64,000 nucleotides of DNA from Candidatus Omnitrophota bacterium (GTDB taxonomy: Bacteria > Omnitrophota > Omnitrophia > JAHJGZ01 > JAFGJY01), in the NCBI GenBank assembly GCA_016928875.1, contig JAFGJY010000116.1, forward strand, positions 6,064 to 70,063, in the 5' to 3' direction. The notes below the pieces were generated by a model. It was not told the DNA's origin. It worked only from the letters and a program-made list of their open reading frames with translations, and did not search any database. The position numbers and the translations under genes are program-made. The stretch's first letter is position 1, and every line of letters starts with the position of its first letter. Shown in pieces: positions 36,984-44,812 of the stretch.

Positions 36984-39287
36984 TCATTCAGGCTGAACGC
37001 TATTCTGTTGTTGTACCTGACGGGCGTTATGCTCTTGAACTACTTGGCGAATGCGATCTTCAAGCTCTTTTACTTTCGGGTTGCCCGGCTCTAATTCATT
37101 AGCTTTCTGCAAATAAGGTATCGCATCGGAAACGCGTCCGATACTGCACAAAGCATAGGCAAGATTGTAATATGCTGAAAAGAATTCAGGATTGGCCTTT
37201 AGCGACATCTCATAGAATTCGATACATTTATCAAATTCTCTGCGCTGAAAATACATCGCCCCGAGATTTAAATAGGCTTGATACAGCATATCGTCATATT
37301 CAACCGCAAGTTGATAATGATGCAACGCTTCATCGAATTCTCCTAATTTATTAAGCGTGTTGGCCAAGTTATAATGCCCCTTGGCATGATACGGATTAAG
37401 CTCCAATGATTTTGTGTGTTCACGCTTTGCATCCACGTGTTGGTTCATCGCAGAGTATTCATTGGCAAGTAAAAAAAGCGTTTCCCATGCAAGCGGCTCG
37501 TCTTTAACCGATTTTTCGAACAATATCCTTGCCTTATCATGCCGCCCCATTCGTTGTAATGCTTGCCCGAATTGCCTATTATAAAAAGCGTGCGCAGGCT
37601 TCCAGATCCAATAATGTGACACAATGCCAAAAATAAAAGAAGCGATAAAAAATGGGATCAAGACCATGTGAACGAGCGGCGAAAAGACCCACAACCCCGC
37701 ATCGGGATCTATATCCTGCAGGTCACGCATCTTTTTCTTCTTTGACCTGCTCACTTTTTTCGTGTTGGCTGAAACTCTATCATCCCCCTTGCCATTACCG
37801 TTTAACTTCCCCGGTATAAGTGCGTGTAGCCGCGACCTGAGCGGTGTCACTGACCTTAGATCCTCCTTATACCAGCGGATCCAATGAAACGCCGCGAACA
37901 GACCAACCAACGTCCATACGGTAAAACAAGGATTAGGGCTCTGGAGCGGGAATCCATAGATCGCAGTGAAAAAGACCGCGCCAAAGCTCATCATAAACCC
38001 GATCGTTAATGATTGCCCTTGAAAATTATTACTGCGCACCAATAACTGATGCCCCATCCAATAAAGCCCACCTTGTATCATCAGGAAGAATAGAAAACCG
38101 AAGATCCCTAGTTCGGCAAGCGTCTGCAACCAATCGTTATGCGTCCTACGCACGAACACATCGGGCCCTGTCGAAAGTTGCTCTTTACGTGTCCGATAAG
38201 GTTGATAGTTTATCTTGAAGTTCCCTAACCCTACTCCTAACCATAGGTGTTCTTTTACCATCTTCAATGTATTCTGCCAAATGAGAATACGCTGCATTGT
38301 CGTATCGCCCACATTGATAATGCTCTCATCGATCTCGTCCGCCGGCGTAAACACTTTCACCCCCGGTGCGAACTGTCTGAATTCTCCGAAGAACCCTTTG
38401 ACTTGAACGTTATACAGATCAACAAATTTATTTGCCTTCTGCAATGCCGGTATAAACGTTAAGGCGGAAATCAGCATGATAAAGATACATATCGAAGCAA
38501 ATATTATAACGACTGTTTTGAAAAGCTGCTTCTGTCTATCCGTAACAGCAAAACGCAATATACCGGTCATATGCGCAATAATGATGTAGCCGGCGATCAT
38601 GATCGTGCTCATAGTCAAGCCGATCCAGACCGCCTTGGTCTTATTGATAAGGATGAAAAAACCCGTAATGACTGATAAAATTATGTACAGGATAGACCGT
38701 TTGGAGCCCGCATAAGAAACAGCCAGCCAAAATACCATCGGGAATATCATTGACATATATTCTCCGGTAAAGTTCGGGTTCCCGTCCGTTGCGTTCCCTT
38801 TGAAATTTTGGACCAGAAAAGGAAAATCGATGTTAAATATCTGTAAGGTGCCATAAATTGCCAACACCGTTCCAAGCCCAACGATCCAGTTCATATAATA
38901 AATGACATGTTCTTTGCTCGTGCAGTAATTCGCTAACACAAAAATTATCAAATAATAACTTATCCATCGTTTAAGAAAAACGAACCCCTCATAAGGATTG
39001 AGCATTTGGCTAAAGGAGAGGAGCATCATGGCCATGAACAAGGCAAGCGGAAGAAATATTATTATCTTCCTCGTAGTAAGCCGTTCTGCGATGCTTAAAC
39101 GAAGCGAATAAAGACCAAAAAGGATCACACCGATCGACTGGACCAGAACTTCTTTATAAATGTCGTAAATACTAAAAAAGTAACCTTCCCCCTTGCCAAT
39201 AACGTAGTAAAGCGGCACCGATATGATCGCGCACACTATGACAAGGTGGATAAACGTGTCAATTATTTTGATAAAGACGTTTCTCAT
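36984..39287 (-). CDS. O-antigen ligase-family membrane protein fused to C-terminal TPR repeats
   Basis: 767 aa. About 12 TM with the Wzy_C-like loop (RRTHNDWLQTLAELG). The C-terminal 230 aa carry TPR-like repeats (AKGHYNLANTL, YQAYLNLGAMY, FSAYYNLAYAL). Confidence 0.75.
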   Translation of the reverse strand: MRNVFIKIIDTFIHLVIVCAIISVPLYYVIGKGEGYFFSIYDIYKEVLVQSIGVILFGLYSLRLSIAERLTTRKIIIFLPLALFMAMMLLSFSQMLNPYEGFVFLKRWISYYLIIFVLANYCTSKEHVIYYMNWIVGLGTVLAIYGTLQIFNIDFPFLVQNFKGNATDGNPNFTGEYMSMIFPMVFWLAVSYAGSKRSILYIILSVITGFFILINKTKAVWIGLTMSTIMIAGYIIIAHMTGILRFAVTDRQKQLFKTVVIIFASICIFIMLISALTFIPALQKANKFVDLYNVQVKGFFGEFRQFAPGVKVFTPADEIDESIINVGDTTMQRILIWQNTLKMVKEHLWLGVGLGNFKINYQPYRTRKEQLSTGPDVFVRRTHNDWLQTLAELGIFGFLFFLMIQGGLYWMGHQLLVRSNNFQGQSLTIGFMMSFGAVFFTAIYGFPLQSPNPCFTVWTLVGLFAAFHWIRWYKEDLRSVTPLRSRLHALIPGKLNGNGKGDDRVSANTKKVSRSKKKKMRDLQDIDPDAGLWVFSPLVHMVLIPFFIASFIFGIVSHYWIWKPAHAFYNRQFGQALQRMGRHDKARILFEKSVKDEPLAWETLFLLANEYSAMNQHVDAKREHTKSLELNPYHAKGHYNLANTLNKLGEFDEALHHYQLAVEYDDMLYQAYLNLGAMYFQRREFDKCIEFYEMSLKANPEFFSAYYNLAYALCSIGRVSDAIPYLQKANELEPGNPKVKELEDRIRQVVQEHNARQVQQQNSVQPE

Positions 39288-39865
39288 TTCCCTATGATCT
39301 TTTTACTGCCGGGCTTTGAAAGTGGAATTCCCTGTTTGCACAACGGGCATGCATCAGGTTCGAACAATTGTGGGGTCATTTTTACGAGGCTGGTCAGTTG
39401 ATACGAGGAAAGCATGTCAGAATTACTGCGATTTACTACGCAACAGATCCCTGCAATGGCAACCTTCATCTGTTTCACGAGTTCGGCCACCTCAAGCACT
39501 GAACCGCCGGTCGTGATCACATCTTCAACTAATAGAACTTTGTCTTCCGGTGAGAGAGAAAAACCCCGCCGTAACTGCATGACCCCTTCTTTTCTCTCGG
39601 CAAATAACGCACGGCATTTAAGCTGCCGTCCGAGCTCATACGCGATAGTGACACCACCCAAGGCAGGCCCGATAACACACGTTATATCATCATTTTTTAG
39701 TTTTTTTGCCAGCTCCGCGGCCAATTTTTCAGTAATGTCCGGATATTGCAACACCAATGCACACTGAAAATACGTATCACTATGTCTGCCGGAAGATAAC
39801 TCAAAGTGTCCCTTAAGCAGCGCCTTTGTTTCCGTGAATGTATCTAGTATCTTTTGCGAATTCAT
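39284..39865 (-). CDS. pyrE: orotate phosphoribosyltransferase
   Basis: 193 aa. PRPP-binding VLLVEDVITTGGS. Confidence 0.9.
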   Translation of the reverse strand: MNSQKILDTFTETKALLKGHFELSSGRHSDTYFQCALVLQYPDITEKLAAELAKKLKNDDITCVIGPALGGVTIAYELGRQLKCRALFAERKEGVMQLRRGFSLSPEDKVLLVEDVITTGGSVLEVAELVKQMKVAIAGICCVVNRSNSDMLSSYQLTSLVKMTPQLFEPDACPLCKQGIPLSKPGSKKIIGK

Positions 39866-39884
39866 GTGCTATCTCCGCTGTTAT

Positions 39885-40610
39885 TTATTGCTCGACTTCC
39901 TCAACAATACGTTGGGCTGCTTCAAGCGGGTCTGCCGCCGATGTGATCGGACGGCCGATAACAAGATAATCTGAACCATTATCAAACGCCTCTTTAGGCG
40001 TAACTACTCGTATCTGGTCTTGCTGTGCGACCCACGACGGTCTCACCCCGGGTGTTACAACGATAAAATCCTTCCCAAGCTTTTTTTTGATCATTGCTAC
40101 CTCGTGCGCTGAAGCAACGATACCGTCAAGACCGCTTTCTTTCGCACTTTCGGCTAATCGTAATACTTGCTCATCTAATGACCGTTCCGTACCCAAGATC
40201 TGTTGCATATTCTCTTGGCTGAGGCTGGTCAGTATTGTGACCGCAAGAATGAGTGGCTGCGTAAGCCCCCGCTTCTGGGTCTCGCCTTCGACCGCAGCTT
40301 TGGTCGCCCGCATCATCTTCTCGCCTCCCAACGCGTGGACATTGAACATTTTGACACCAAAACGCGATACTATTTGGCTTACATTTGCAACGGTATTCGG
40401 AATGTCATAAAACTTAAGGTCCAAAAAGACCTGTGCGCCCGCGTCCAGAACAATACTAATTGCCTCGTACCCACACGCAGTAAAAAGCTCGCTCCCGATC
40501 TTAAATATCGAAACTGTACCGCTCAATGTATGCACTAAACGTTCACACATGATCTTATCCGGCGTATCTAAAGCGACAATGATCCTGTCTTTCCTCGTTT
40601 TTTTCTCCAT
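39885..40610 (-). CDS. pyrF: orotidine 5'-phosphate decarboxylase
   Basis: 241 aa. IVALD, DLKFYDIPNT and the C-terminal VIGRPI motif. Confidence 0.9.
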   Translation of the reverse strand: MEKKTRKDRIIVALDTPDKIMCERLVHTLSGTVSIFKIGSELFTACGYEAISIVLDAGAQVFLDLKFYDIPNTVANVSQIVSRFGVKMFNVHALGGEKMMRATKAAVEGETQKRGLTQPLILAVTILTSLSQENMQQILGTERSLDEQVLRLAESAKESGLDGIVASAHEVAMIKKKLGKDFIVVTPGVRPSWVAQQDQIRVVTPKEAFDNGSDYLVIGRPITSAADPLEAAQRIVEEVEQ

Positions 40611-40611
40611 G

Positions 40612-41520
40612 TTATAACTCCAGCGTACCGATTATCTCCTCTATGCACGCAATCTTATTCGCCACGCAATATTGTTCCAGCTCTTTTATCACTCGGCCTG
40701 CAAATGAAGGATGTGCAAAATTGATCGTTCCTAACGATACTGCATTCGCCCCCACGATCAGGAACTCGATCACATCTTCGACCGAAGCGATCCCCCCCAT
40801 GGCAATGATCGGCACATCAACACATTTACGTACTTCATACAAACAACGAATTGCGATCGGCCTGATCGCCGGTCCGCTCAATCCGCCGGTCACGTTCGCA
40901 AGCATAGGTTTGCGTGTTTTTATATCCACCATCATGCCGCGTACGGTGTTAATGAGACTCAACATATCCGCTCCGGCATCAACCGCCGTTTGCGCGCTTT
41001 TTGCGATATCTCCTTCGGGAGATAGTTTTATTATAAGCGGCTTCTTGGTCACTTTCTTAACCGCTCTGACCAAAGCCTGTGTCGCTCTAAAATCAAGTGC
41101 GAACGACAAACCACCCTCATGGACGTTCGGGCAGGAAATATTCACTTCGATCGCATCAACTCGCTCTATCTCTGAGAGCCGTTCTGTGAGCGCTACATAT
41201 TCATCGATCGTACGGCCAGCTATGCTTACGATCAAAACAACATCGATCGTAGTGAAGTACGGTATCTTATTTGCTATGAAATCATCCACACCGGCGTTTT
41301 GGAGACCGATAGCATTAAGCATCCCGGAAGGCGTCTCACATGTCCGCGGCATAGAATTCCCTTTATAAAGCTCCAGGCTCACAGACTTTGTTATTACAGC
41401 TCCAAGTGTATTATAATCAATAAGTTGTGAGAACTCATCCTTGGATCCAAAAGTTCCGGATGCAACAGTAATAGGATTTTTAAAGGTTAGTGAACCCAAA
41501 CGGGTTTTAAGATCTGTCAT
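40612..41520 (-). CDS. pyrD: dihydroorotate dehydrogenase, class 1
   Basis: NPITVASGTFG, NISCPN and the GGI...GA motif. I prefer ATG 41520 (MTDLKTRLGSLTFKNP) to the TTG at 41562 listed in the track. No pyrK partner is adjacent. Confidence 0.88.
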   Translation of the reverse strand: MTDLKTRLGSLTFKNPITVASGTFGSKDEFSQLIDYNTLGAVITKSVSLELYKGNSMPRTCETPSGMLNAIGLQNAGVDDFIANKIPYFTTIDVVLIVSIAGRTIDEYVALTERLSEIERVDAIEVNISCPNVHEGGLSFALDFRATQALVRAVKKVTKKPLIIKLSPEGDIAKSAQTAVDAGADMLSLINTVRGMMVDIKTRKPMLANVTGGLSGPAIRPIAIRCLYEVRKCVDVPIIAMGGIASVEDVIEFLIVGANAVSLGTINFAHPSFAGRVIKELEQYCVANKIACIEEIIGTLEL

Positions 41521-41575
41521 AGTGGGTGTACTTAAGAATAATAATATTTTACAAAAGTTCAATATATTATATTAG

Positions 41576-41587
41576 ACAACGCGTTGT
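41576..41587. promoter_or_regulatory. 12-bp perfect palindrome ACAACGCGTTGT upstream of pyrD (candidate operator)
   Basis: Self-complementary. It lies in the spacer between a weak -35-like TTATAT and a TATAAT hexamer on the minus strand. Confidence 0.3.
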
Positions 41588-41693
41588 TATATAAGAACTT
41601 TATTATAATTAGTTTATACGCATTATAGGGCATTTAAGTAAAATACCATGCCTTTACGCCTGCAGGCAGGGACGTGATATTTTGTGAGGAAGC

Positions 41694-41723
41694 AATAAAA
41701 AAACCGATCTTTACGGATCGGTT
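41694..41723 (-). terminator. rho-independent terminator ending the tRNA operon
   Basis: Minus strand AACCGATC-cgtaaa-GATCGGTT followed by TTTTTTTAT. Confidence 0.85.
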
Positions 41724-41726
41724 AAA

Positions 41727-41892
41727 TGGAGCGGGAGAAGGCCTGTCTACCGACAGGTAGAGAATTGTCTACTACGTCTGCTGCATCGTGCAGCTTCCTG
41801 CGTAGACTCCCCTCGGTTGCCTGGCGTTCCCATCCTGGTCACTCTTCCTTTCGGCAGCAACCTCCTTTCAATTCCTATCTAAAAAAGAAAAA
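41727..41892 (-). ncRNA. unassigned GC-rich structured element with tRNA-like 3' end (acceptor-strand copy plus CCA)
   Basis: It lies between tRNA-Gly and the terminator. It has nested helices and ends ...CCTGTC-GGTA-GACAGG-CCTTCTCCCGCT-CCA, where the 12 nt CCTTCTCCCGCT are identical to the 3' end of tRNA-Gly. I cannot assign a known RNA family. Confidence 0.45.
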
Positions 41893-41963
41893 AGCGGGAG
41901 AAGGGAATTGAACCCTCGTAAGTAGCTTGGAAGGCTACGGCTCTACCACTGAGCTACTCCCGC
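41893..41963 (-). tRNA. tRNA-Gly (anticodon UCC)
   Basis: 71 nt. GCGGGAGTAGCTCAGTGGTAGAGCCGTAGCCTTCCAAGCTACTTACGAGGGTTCAATTCCCTTCTCCCGCT. Anticodon loop CT-TCC-AA. CCA is not encoded. Confidence 0.92.
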
Positions 41964-42151
41964 AGAAAGACAATTAACAATGAATAATTAAAAATGAGTA
42001 ATCACTATCGTATAAATGCCCGATAAAAAGTTCCACTAGCATTGGAACAATTATTTACACATTATCTTCTTGCATTTCACCTAGTGATACACAGCATTCA
42101 CTAATTCAAAAATAATTCATTATTAATTATGCATTACTCATTGCAGTTATG

Positions 42152-42237
42152 GTGGGGAGAGCAGGATTTGAACCTACGAAGGCTGACGCCAACAGATTTA
42201 CAGTCTGTCCCCTTTGGCCACTTGGGTATCTCCCCTT
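42152..42237 (-). tRNA. tRNA-Tyr (anticodon GUA)
   Basis: 86 nt with a long variable arm. GGGGAGATACCCAAGTGGCCAAAGGGGACAGACTGTAAATCTGT...CTCTCCCCACCA. CCA is encoded. Confidence 0.92.
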
Positions 42238-42245
42238 ATATCAGT

Positions 42246-42412
42246 AAGGATGAAGGGCAAAGGATAAAGGTTAAAGTGAACGAAAAAGATAGCTCTTTCA
42301 TCAAAAACGTTCACGGTAAACCTTCGATCTTGTCTATCAGCAAAACCGGATAACGCAACCAGAATTCATACATTCCGACCACTTCATCCTTTATCCTTTG
42401 CCCTTTATCCTT
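42246..42412. repeat. 25-bp inverted repeat bracketing the Thr-Tyr tRNA spacer
   Basis: aaggatgaagggcaaaggataaagg (42246-42270) against cctttatcctttgccctttatcctt (42388-42412), 24/25 complementary. An inner inverted repeat is GTGAACG (42276-42282) / CGTTCAC (42308-42314). Confidence 0.75.
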
Positions 42413-42420
42413 GTCTTCTC

Positions 42421-42496
42421 TGGAGCTGGTGATGGGACTCGAACCCGCAACCTGCTGATTACAAATCAGCTGCTCTACCAATTGAGCTACACCAGC
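42421..42496 (-). tRNA. tRNA-Thr (anticodon UGU)
   Basis: 76 nt. GCTGGTGTAGCTCAATTGGTAGAGCAGCTGATTTGTAATCAGCAGGTTGCGGGTTCGAGTCCCATCACCAGCTCCA. CCA is encoded. The T-stem has one C-A mismatch. Confidence 0.88.
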
Positions 42497-42538
42497 TTAT
42501 GTCAAATTCGCTTGTTTGCGGATTAGAACGAAGCAGAG

Positions 42539-42567
42539 ACTATAACAAATTTTCACTTTTGTGTAAA
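42539..42567 (-). promoter_or_regulatory. sigma70-type promoter of the Thr-Tyr-Gly tRNA operon
   Basis: Minus strand TTTACA (42562-42567), 17-nt spacer, TATAGT (42539-42544), about 40 nt upstream of tRNA-Thr. Confidence 0.55.
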
Positions 42568-42610
42568 GCGGGAATTTGTCCTTTACGCTACCGTAGCGGT
42601 CTCCTCTACA

Positions 42611-43480
42611 TTATAAACCCCGGAACATATCGGGCCTTAACGATATTTTGCCGCTGATGGCACCTTTTAAGCTATCCAAAAAGCGCTGTTTGTCTTGAGG
42701 GAAACGGCCCTCAAGCGGCAAGTAATTAGACGCATGATCTGTCCGAAATATCGTTCCTGAAAGCTCGAGGCCTTCAATGATATCATGCATCTCCTGCAGC
42801 AGTTCCTGAGCATTCAGCTCATTAAACTCCCCGCTCATAACATCACGATGCAATTGTGTACCCGGTATCACCATCAAACTGAGAAATGAAAGATAACGCG
42901 GTTGCATCTGATTGAGCGCGGTTATGGTCTCGCGCACATGCACATCGGAATACGCTCGACCTCCCAAACCAAGCAATACAATGACCGAGCTTTTTATGTG
43001 TGCCGCTGCAGCATATTGCACTGCAGCGACCATCTCCTGTACCGTCGATCTTTTTAGGCAACGGTCCAAGACGGACTGCGCACCGCTTTCAAGCCCGATG
43101 TAAATAAGCCTTAATCGATTATCATACAACTCACTGAGTTCTGATAACGAACGGCCAATGATATTATACCCATTTGCATAACTTGAAACCCTGTTTAACT
43201 GCGGTAACGCCTTATTCAAGATCTGTAACACAGGTATCAACCGTTCGTTCTGTAATACCAACGCGTCACCATCCATCAAGAAAACGCGACGTGTTCCAGG
43301 GTGACGCCGCGCATGATGCTCGATATCACGTGTGATCTCATCAAATGATTTAACCTTAAAAGGTTTATTTAAATATGCTCCGCAAAACGTACAAGAATTT
43401 GCCGAACATCCTGTAGTGACCTGCAGGAGAAAGCTATCCGCTTCTGAAGGAGGCCGAATGACTGGTTGTATGATAGGCAT
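42611..43480 (-). CDS. radical SAM domain protein with CX4CX2C cluster motif
   Basis: 289 aa. QVTTGCSANSCTFCGAY reads C-x4-C-x2-C rather than the canonical C-x3-C-x2-C. A GGE-like FLMDGDAL and a TIM-barrel-length core follow. Confidence 0.7.
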   Translation of the reverse strand: MPIIQPVIRPPSEADSFLLQVTTGCSANSCTFCGAYLNKPFKVKSFDEITRDIEHHARRHPGTRRVFLMDGDALVLQNERLIPVLQILNKALPQLNRVSSYANGYNIIGRSLSELSELYDNRLRLIYIGLESGAQSVLDRCLKRSTVQEMVAAVQYAAAAHIKSSVIVLLGLGGRAYSDVHVRETITALNQMQPRYLSFLSLMVIPGTQLHRDVMSGEFNELNAQELLQEMHDIIEGLELSGTIFRTDHASNYLPLEGRFPQDKQRFLDSLKGAISGKISLRPDMFRGL

Positions 43481-43481
43481 G

Positions 43482-43784
43482 TTATTCTTTTTTTAACTTA
43501 TCCACGTAATCAACATCAATCACGAGATTCTCATGTAATGCAGCGCTGATCGTTCCACGTGCTGTGGCATAGATAAATATTTGTACCAACCCTTTTTCAT
43601 CACTCCATGCAACTTGAATATCGGTCGGAGAACCTAATTCTTTACGCAATTCATACCCCGTTAACCCAACATAATCAGTTCTGTTCTTTATGGCTTTGCT
43701 AACGTTAGCATAATTGGGAAATATATACCCCGCACATCCGCTCATCAATAAAACAACTATCAGCACCCAAGCATACCGTTTCAT
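43482..43784 (-). CDS. small lipoprotein, BamE/SmpA-OmlA-like
   Basis: 100 aa. Lipobox LLMSGC. GLTGYELRKELGSPTD resembles the BamE core. Confidence 0.55.
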   Translation of the reverse strand: MKRYAWVLIVVLLMSGCAGYIFPNYANVSKAIKNRTDYVGLTGYELRKELGSPTDIQVAWSDEKGLVQIFIYATARGTISAALHENLVIDVDYVDKLKKE

Positions 43785-43814
43785 ATATTGCCTCCTTTAT
43801 ATTTTCACTTATGT

Positions 43815-44207
43815 TTAATTTTTGATTATCGTTATAGTACTACCACGGTCGATCATGGCCCGTATCTTCTTCTTAAGCCATTCCTTAAAAAGTCTTCGTG
43901 TCCCTGGGATCAATCCCAAAAAACCACATATGTCGGTTAGAAGACCCGGTGTGAGCAAAAGGATCCCGCTACAAAAAACGATCATACCGTCCAATATCTT
44001 CTCAGCCGGCATCCTTCCCTGATTGATCTCATATTGCAATTCCCGCAATATCATAAGTCCTTGTATACGAGCAAGATACGCTCCAAACACTCCTGTTCCT
44101 ATGACCAGCAGAACGGTATTTAACACACCCCATACAACTCCGATTTTGATCAAGAGCGAAAGTTCGATAAGCGGTACTCCAATAAATAAAATCATCAAAT
44201 AGATCAT
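43815..44207 (-). CDS. fxsA: FxsA family membrane protein
   Basis: 130 aa. IGVPLIELSLLIKIG...GTGVFGAYLARIQG...LLLTPGLLTD pattern. Confidence 0.8.
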   Translation of the reverse strand: MIYLMILFIGVPLIELSLLIKIGVVWGVLNTVLLVIGTGVFGAYLARIQGLMILRELQYEINQGRMPAEKILDGMIVFCSGILLLTPGLLTDICGFLGLIPGTRRLFKEWLKKKIRAMIDRGSTITIIKN

Positions 44208-44214
44208 ATATGCA

Positions 44215-44805
44215 TCACTTGATCACATGTTTTTCTGCAACAAAGAAGCAACCGTTCTTTTTGTTGATAATAATCCCCTCCAAAGCGAGCAACGCGATCT
44301 TTAGCCGGACGCCGCCTTGGAATCCGCCGATCTCTCCTGTATTTTTAATTACTCGATGGCATGGAACGATAAGCGGGAAAGGATTCGCTGCCTGAGCATT
44401 CCCAACGGCACGTGCCGCATTTTTCACACCGATCCTTCGTGCTAGGACGCTATAACTAATAACCTTGCCATACGGGATCTTTCTTTGGTACTCGTATATC
44501 TTCTGGCTCAAAGCTGTCAGTTGGTCGTGTGCTGTTTCAACATACCTAAAATCAACGCGTTTACCACGCATGGCCTTCTTTATATCGGATATCAGTGTGC
44601 CCCATGATCTCACCGTGCATCCGGGATAAGTGCGCCGGATCAATCTTAAAAGTTTATTTTTTGATCTCGGCAAAAATAACCGCACAAGTTCTTTTTTTGC
44701 CCGCAGGGTTTCCCTCCACACCATCCCTATCGGCCCAAGCGACGTATCAAAAAGATCAAAATAATCCATAGCAACTCGCCTACGTAAAAAACCGTCGATA
44801 AACAC
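44215..44805 (-). CDS. ogt: methylated-DNA--protein-cysteine methyltransferase
   Basis: 196 aa. Active site IVPCHRVI. The true start may be ATG 44769 (MDYFDLF). Confidence 0.88.
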   Translation of the reverse strand: MFIDGFLRRRVAMDYFDLFDTSLGPIGMVWRETLRAKKELVRLFLPRSKNKLLRLIRRTYPGCTVRSWGTLISDIKKAMRGKRVDFRYVETAHDQLTALSQKIYEYQRKIPYGKVISYSVLARRIGVKNAARAVGNAQAANPFPLIVPCHRVIKNTGEIGGFQGGVRLKIALLALEGIIINKKNGCFFVAEKHVIK

Positions 44806-44812
44806 AATAATG

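Noticed and set aside
40643-41368. 241-aa plus-strand ORF, and similar long plus-strand ORFs (for example 33905-34528, 1301-1858, 9755-10291, 26908-27432, 1534-2046).
   Set aside because: Each lies entirely antisense to a minus-strand gene with strong family motifs (pyrD, mreC, aroB, ilvB, recG). Their sequences are low-complexity Ser/Pro/Arg-rich shadows with no SD or promoter. I treat them as antisense artefacts.
41727-41892. Possibility that the element after tRNA-Gly is SRP (4.5S) RNA, tRNA-Sec, tmRNA or a decayed tRNA-Thr(GGU).
   Set aside because: The nearest match to the SRP helix-8 core (GGUCCGGAAGGAAGCAGC) is GCUGCCGAAAGGAAGAGUG, which lacks the conserved AGG and AGCA loop residues. 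There is no TCA anticodon loop, no T-loop GTTCRA, and no 5' strand complementary to the 3' acceptor copy. It is also far too short for tmRNA or RNase P RNA.
41726-41911. 61-aa plus-strand ORF, and a 28-codon minus-strand ORF (MGTPGNRGESTQEAARCSRRSRQFSTCR), inside the structured element after tRNA-Gly.
   Set aside because: The plus-strand ORF runs antisense into tRNA-Gly. The minus-strand mini-ORF lies entirely within base-paired helices and has only a weak SD. The RNA-structure interpretation is better supported.
41964-42151. Inverted repeats in the AT-rich Gly-Tyr tRNA spacer treated as a separate mobile element.
   Set aside because: The matches (10 nt perfect, 16/18 quasi-palindromic) lie in very AT-rich low-complexity sequence and are arranged in a crossing order. 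The evidence is too weak to call on its own, so it is mentioned only as a weaker parallel to the Thr-Tyr spacer.
42129-42353. 74-aa plus-strand ORF.
   Set aside because: It is antisense to tRNA-Tyr and the inverted-repeat spacer, so it is an artefact of the tRNA sequence.
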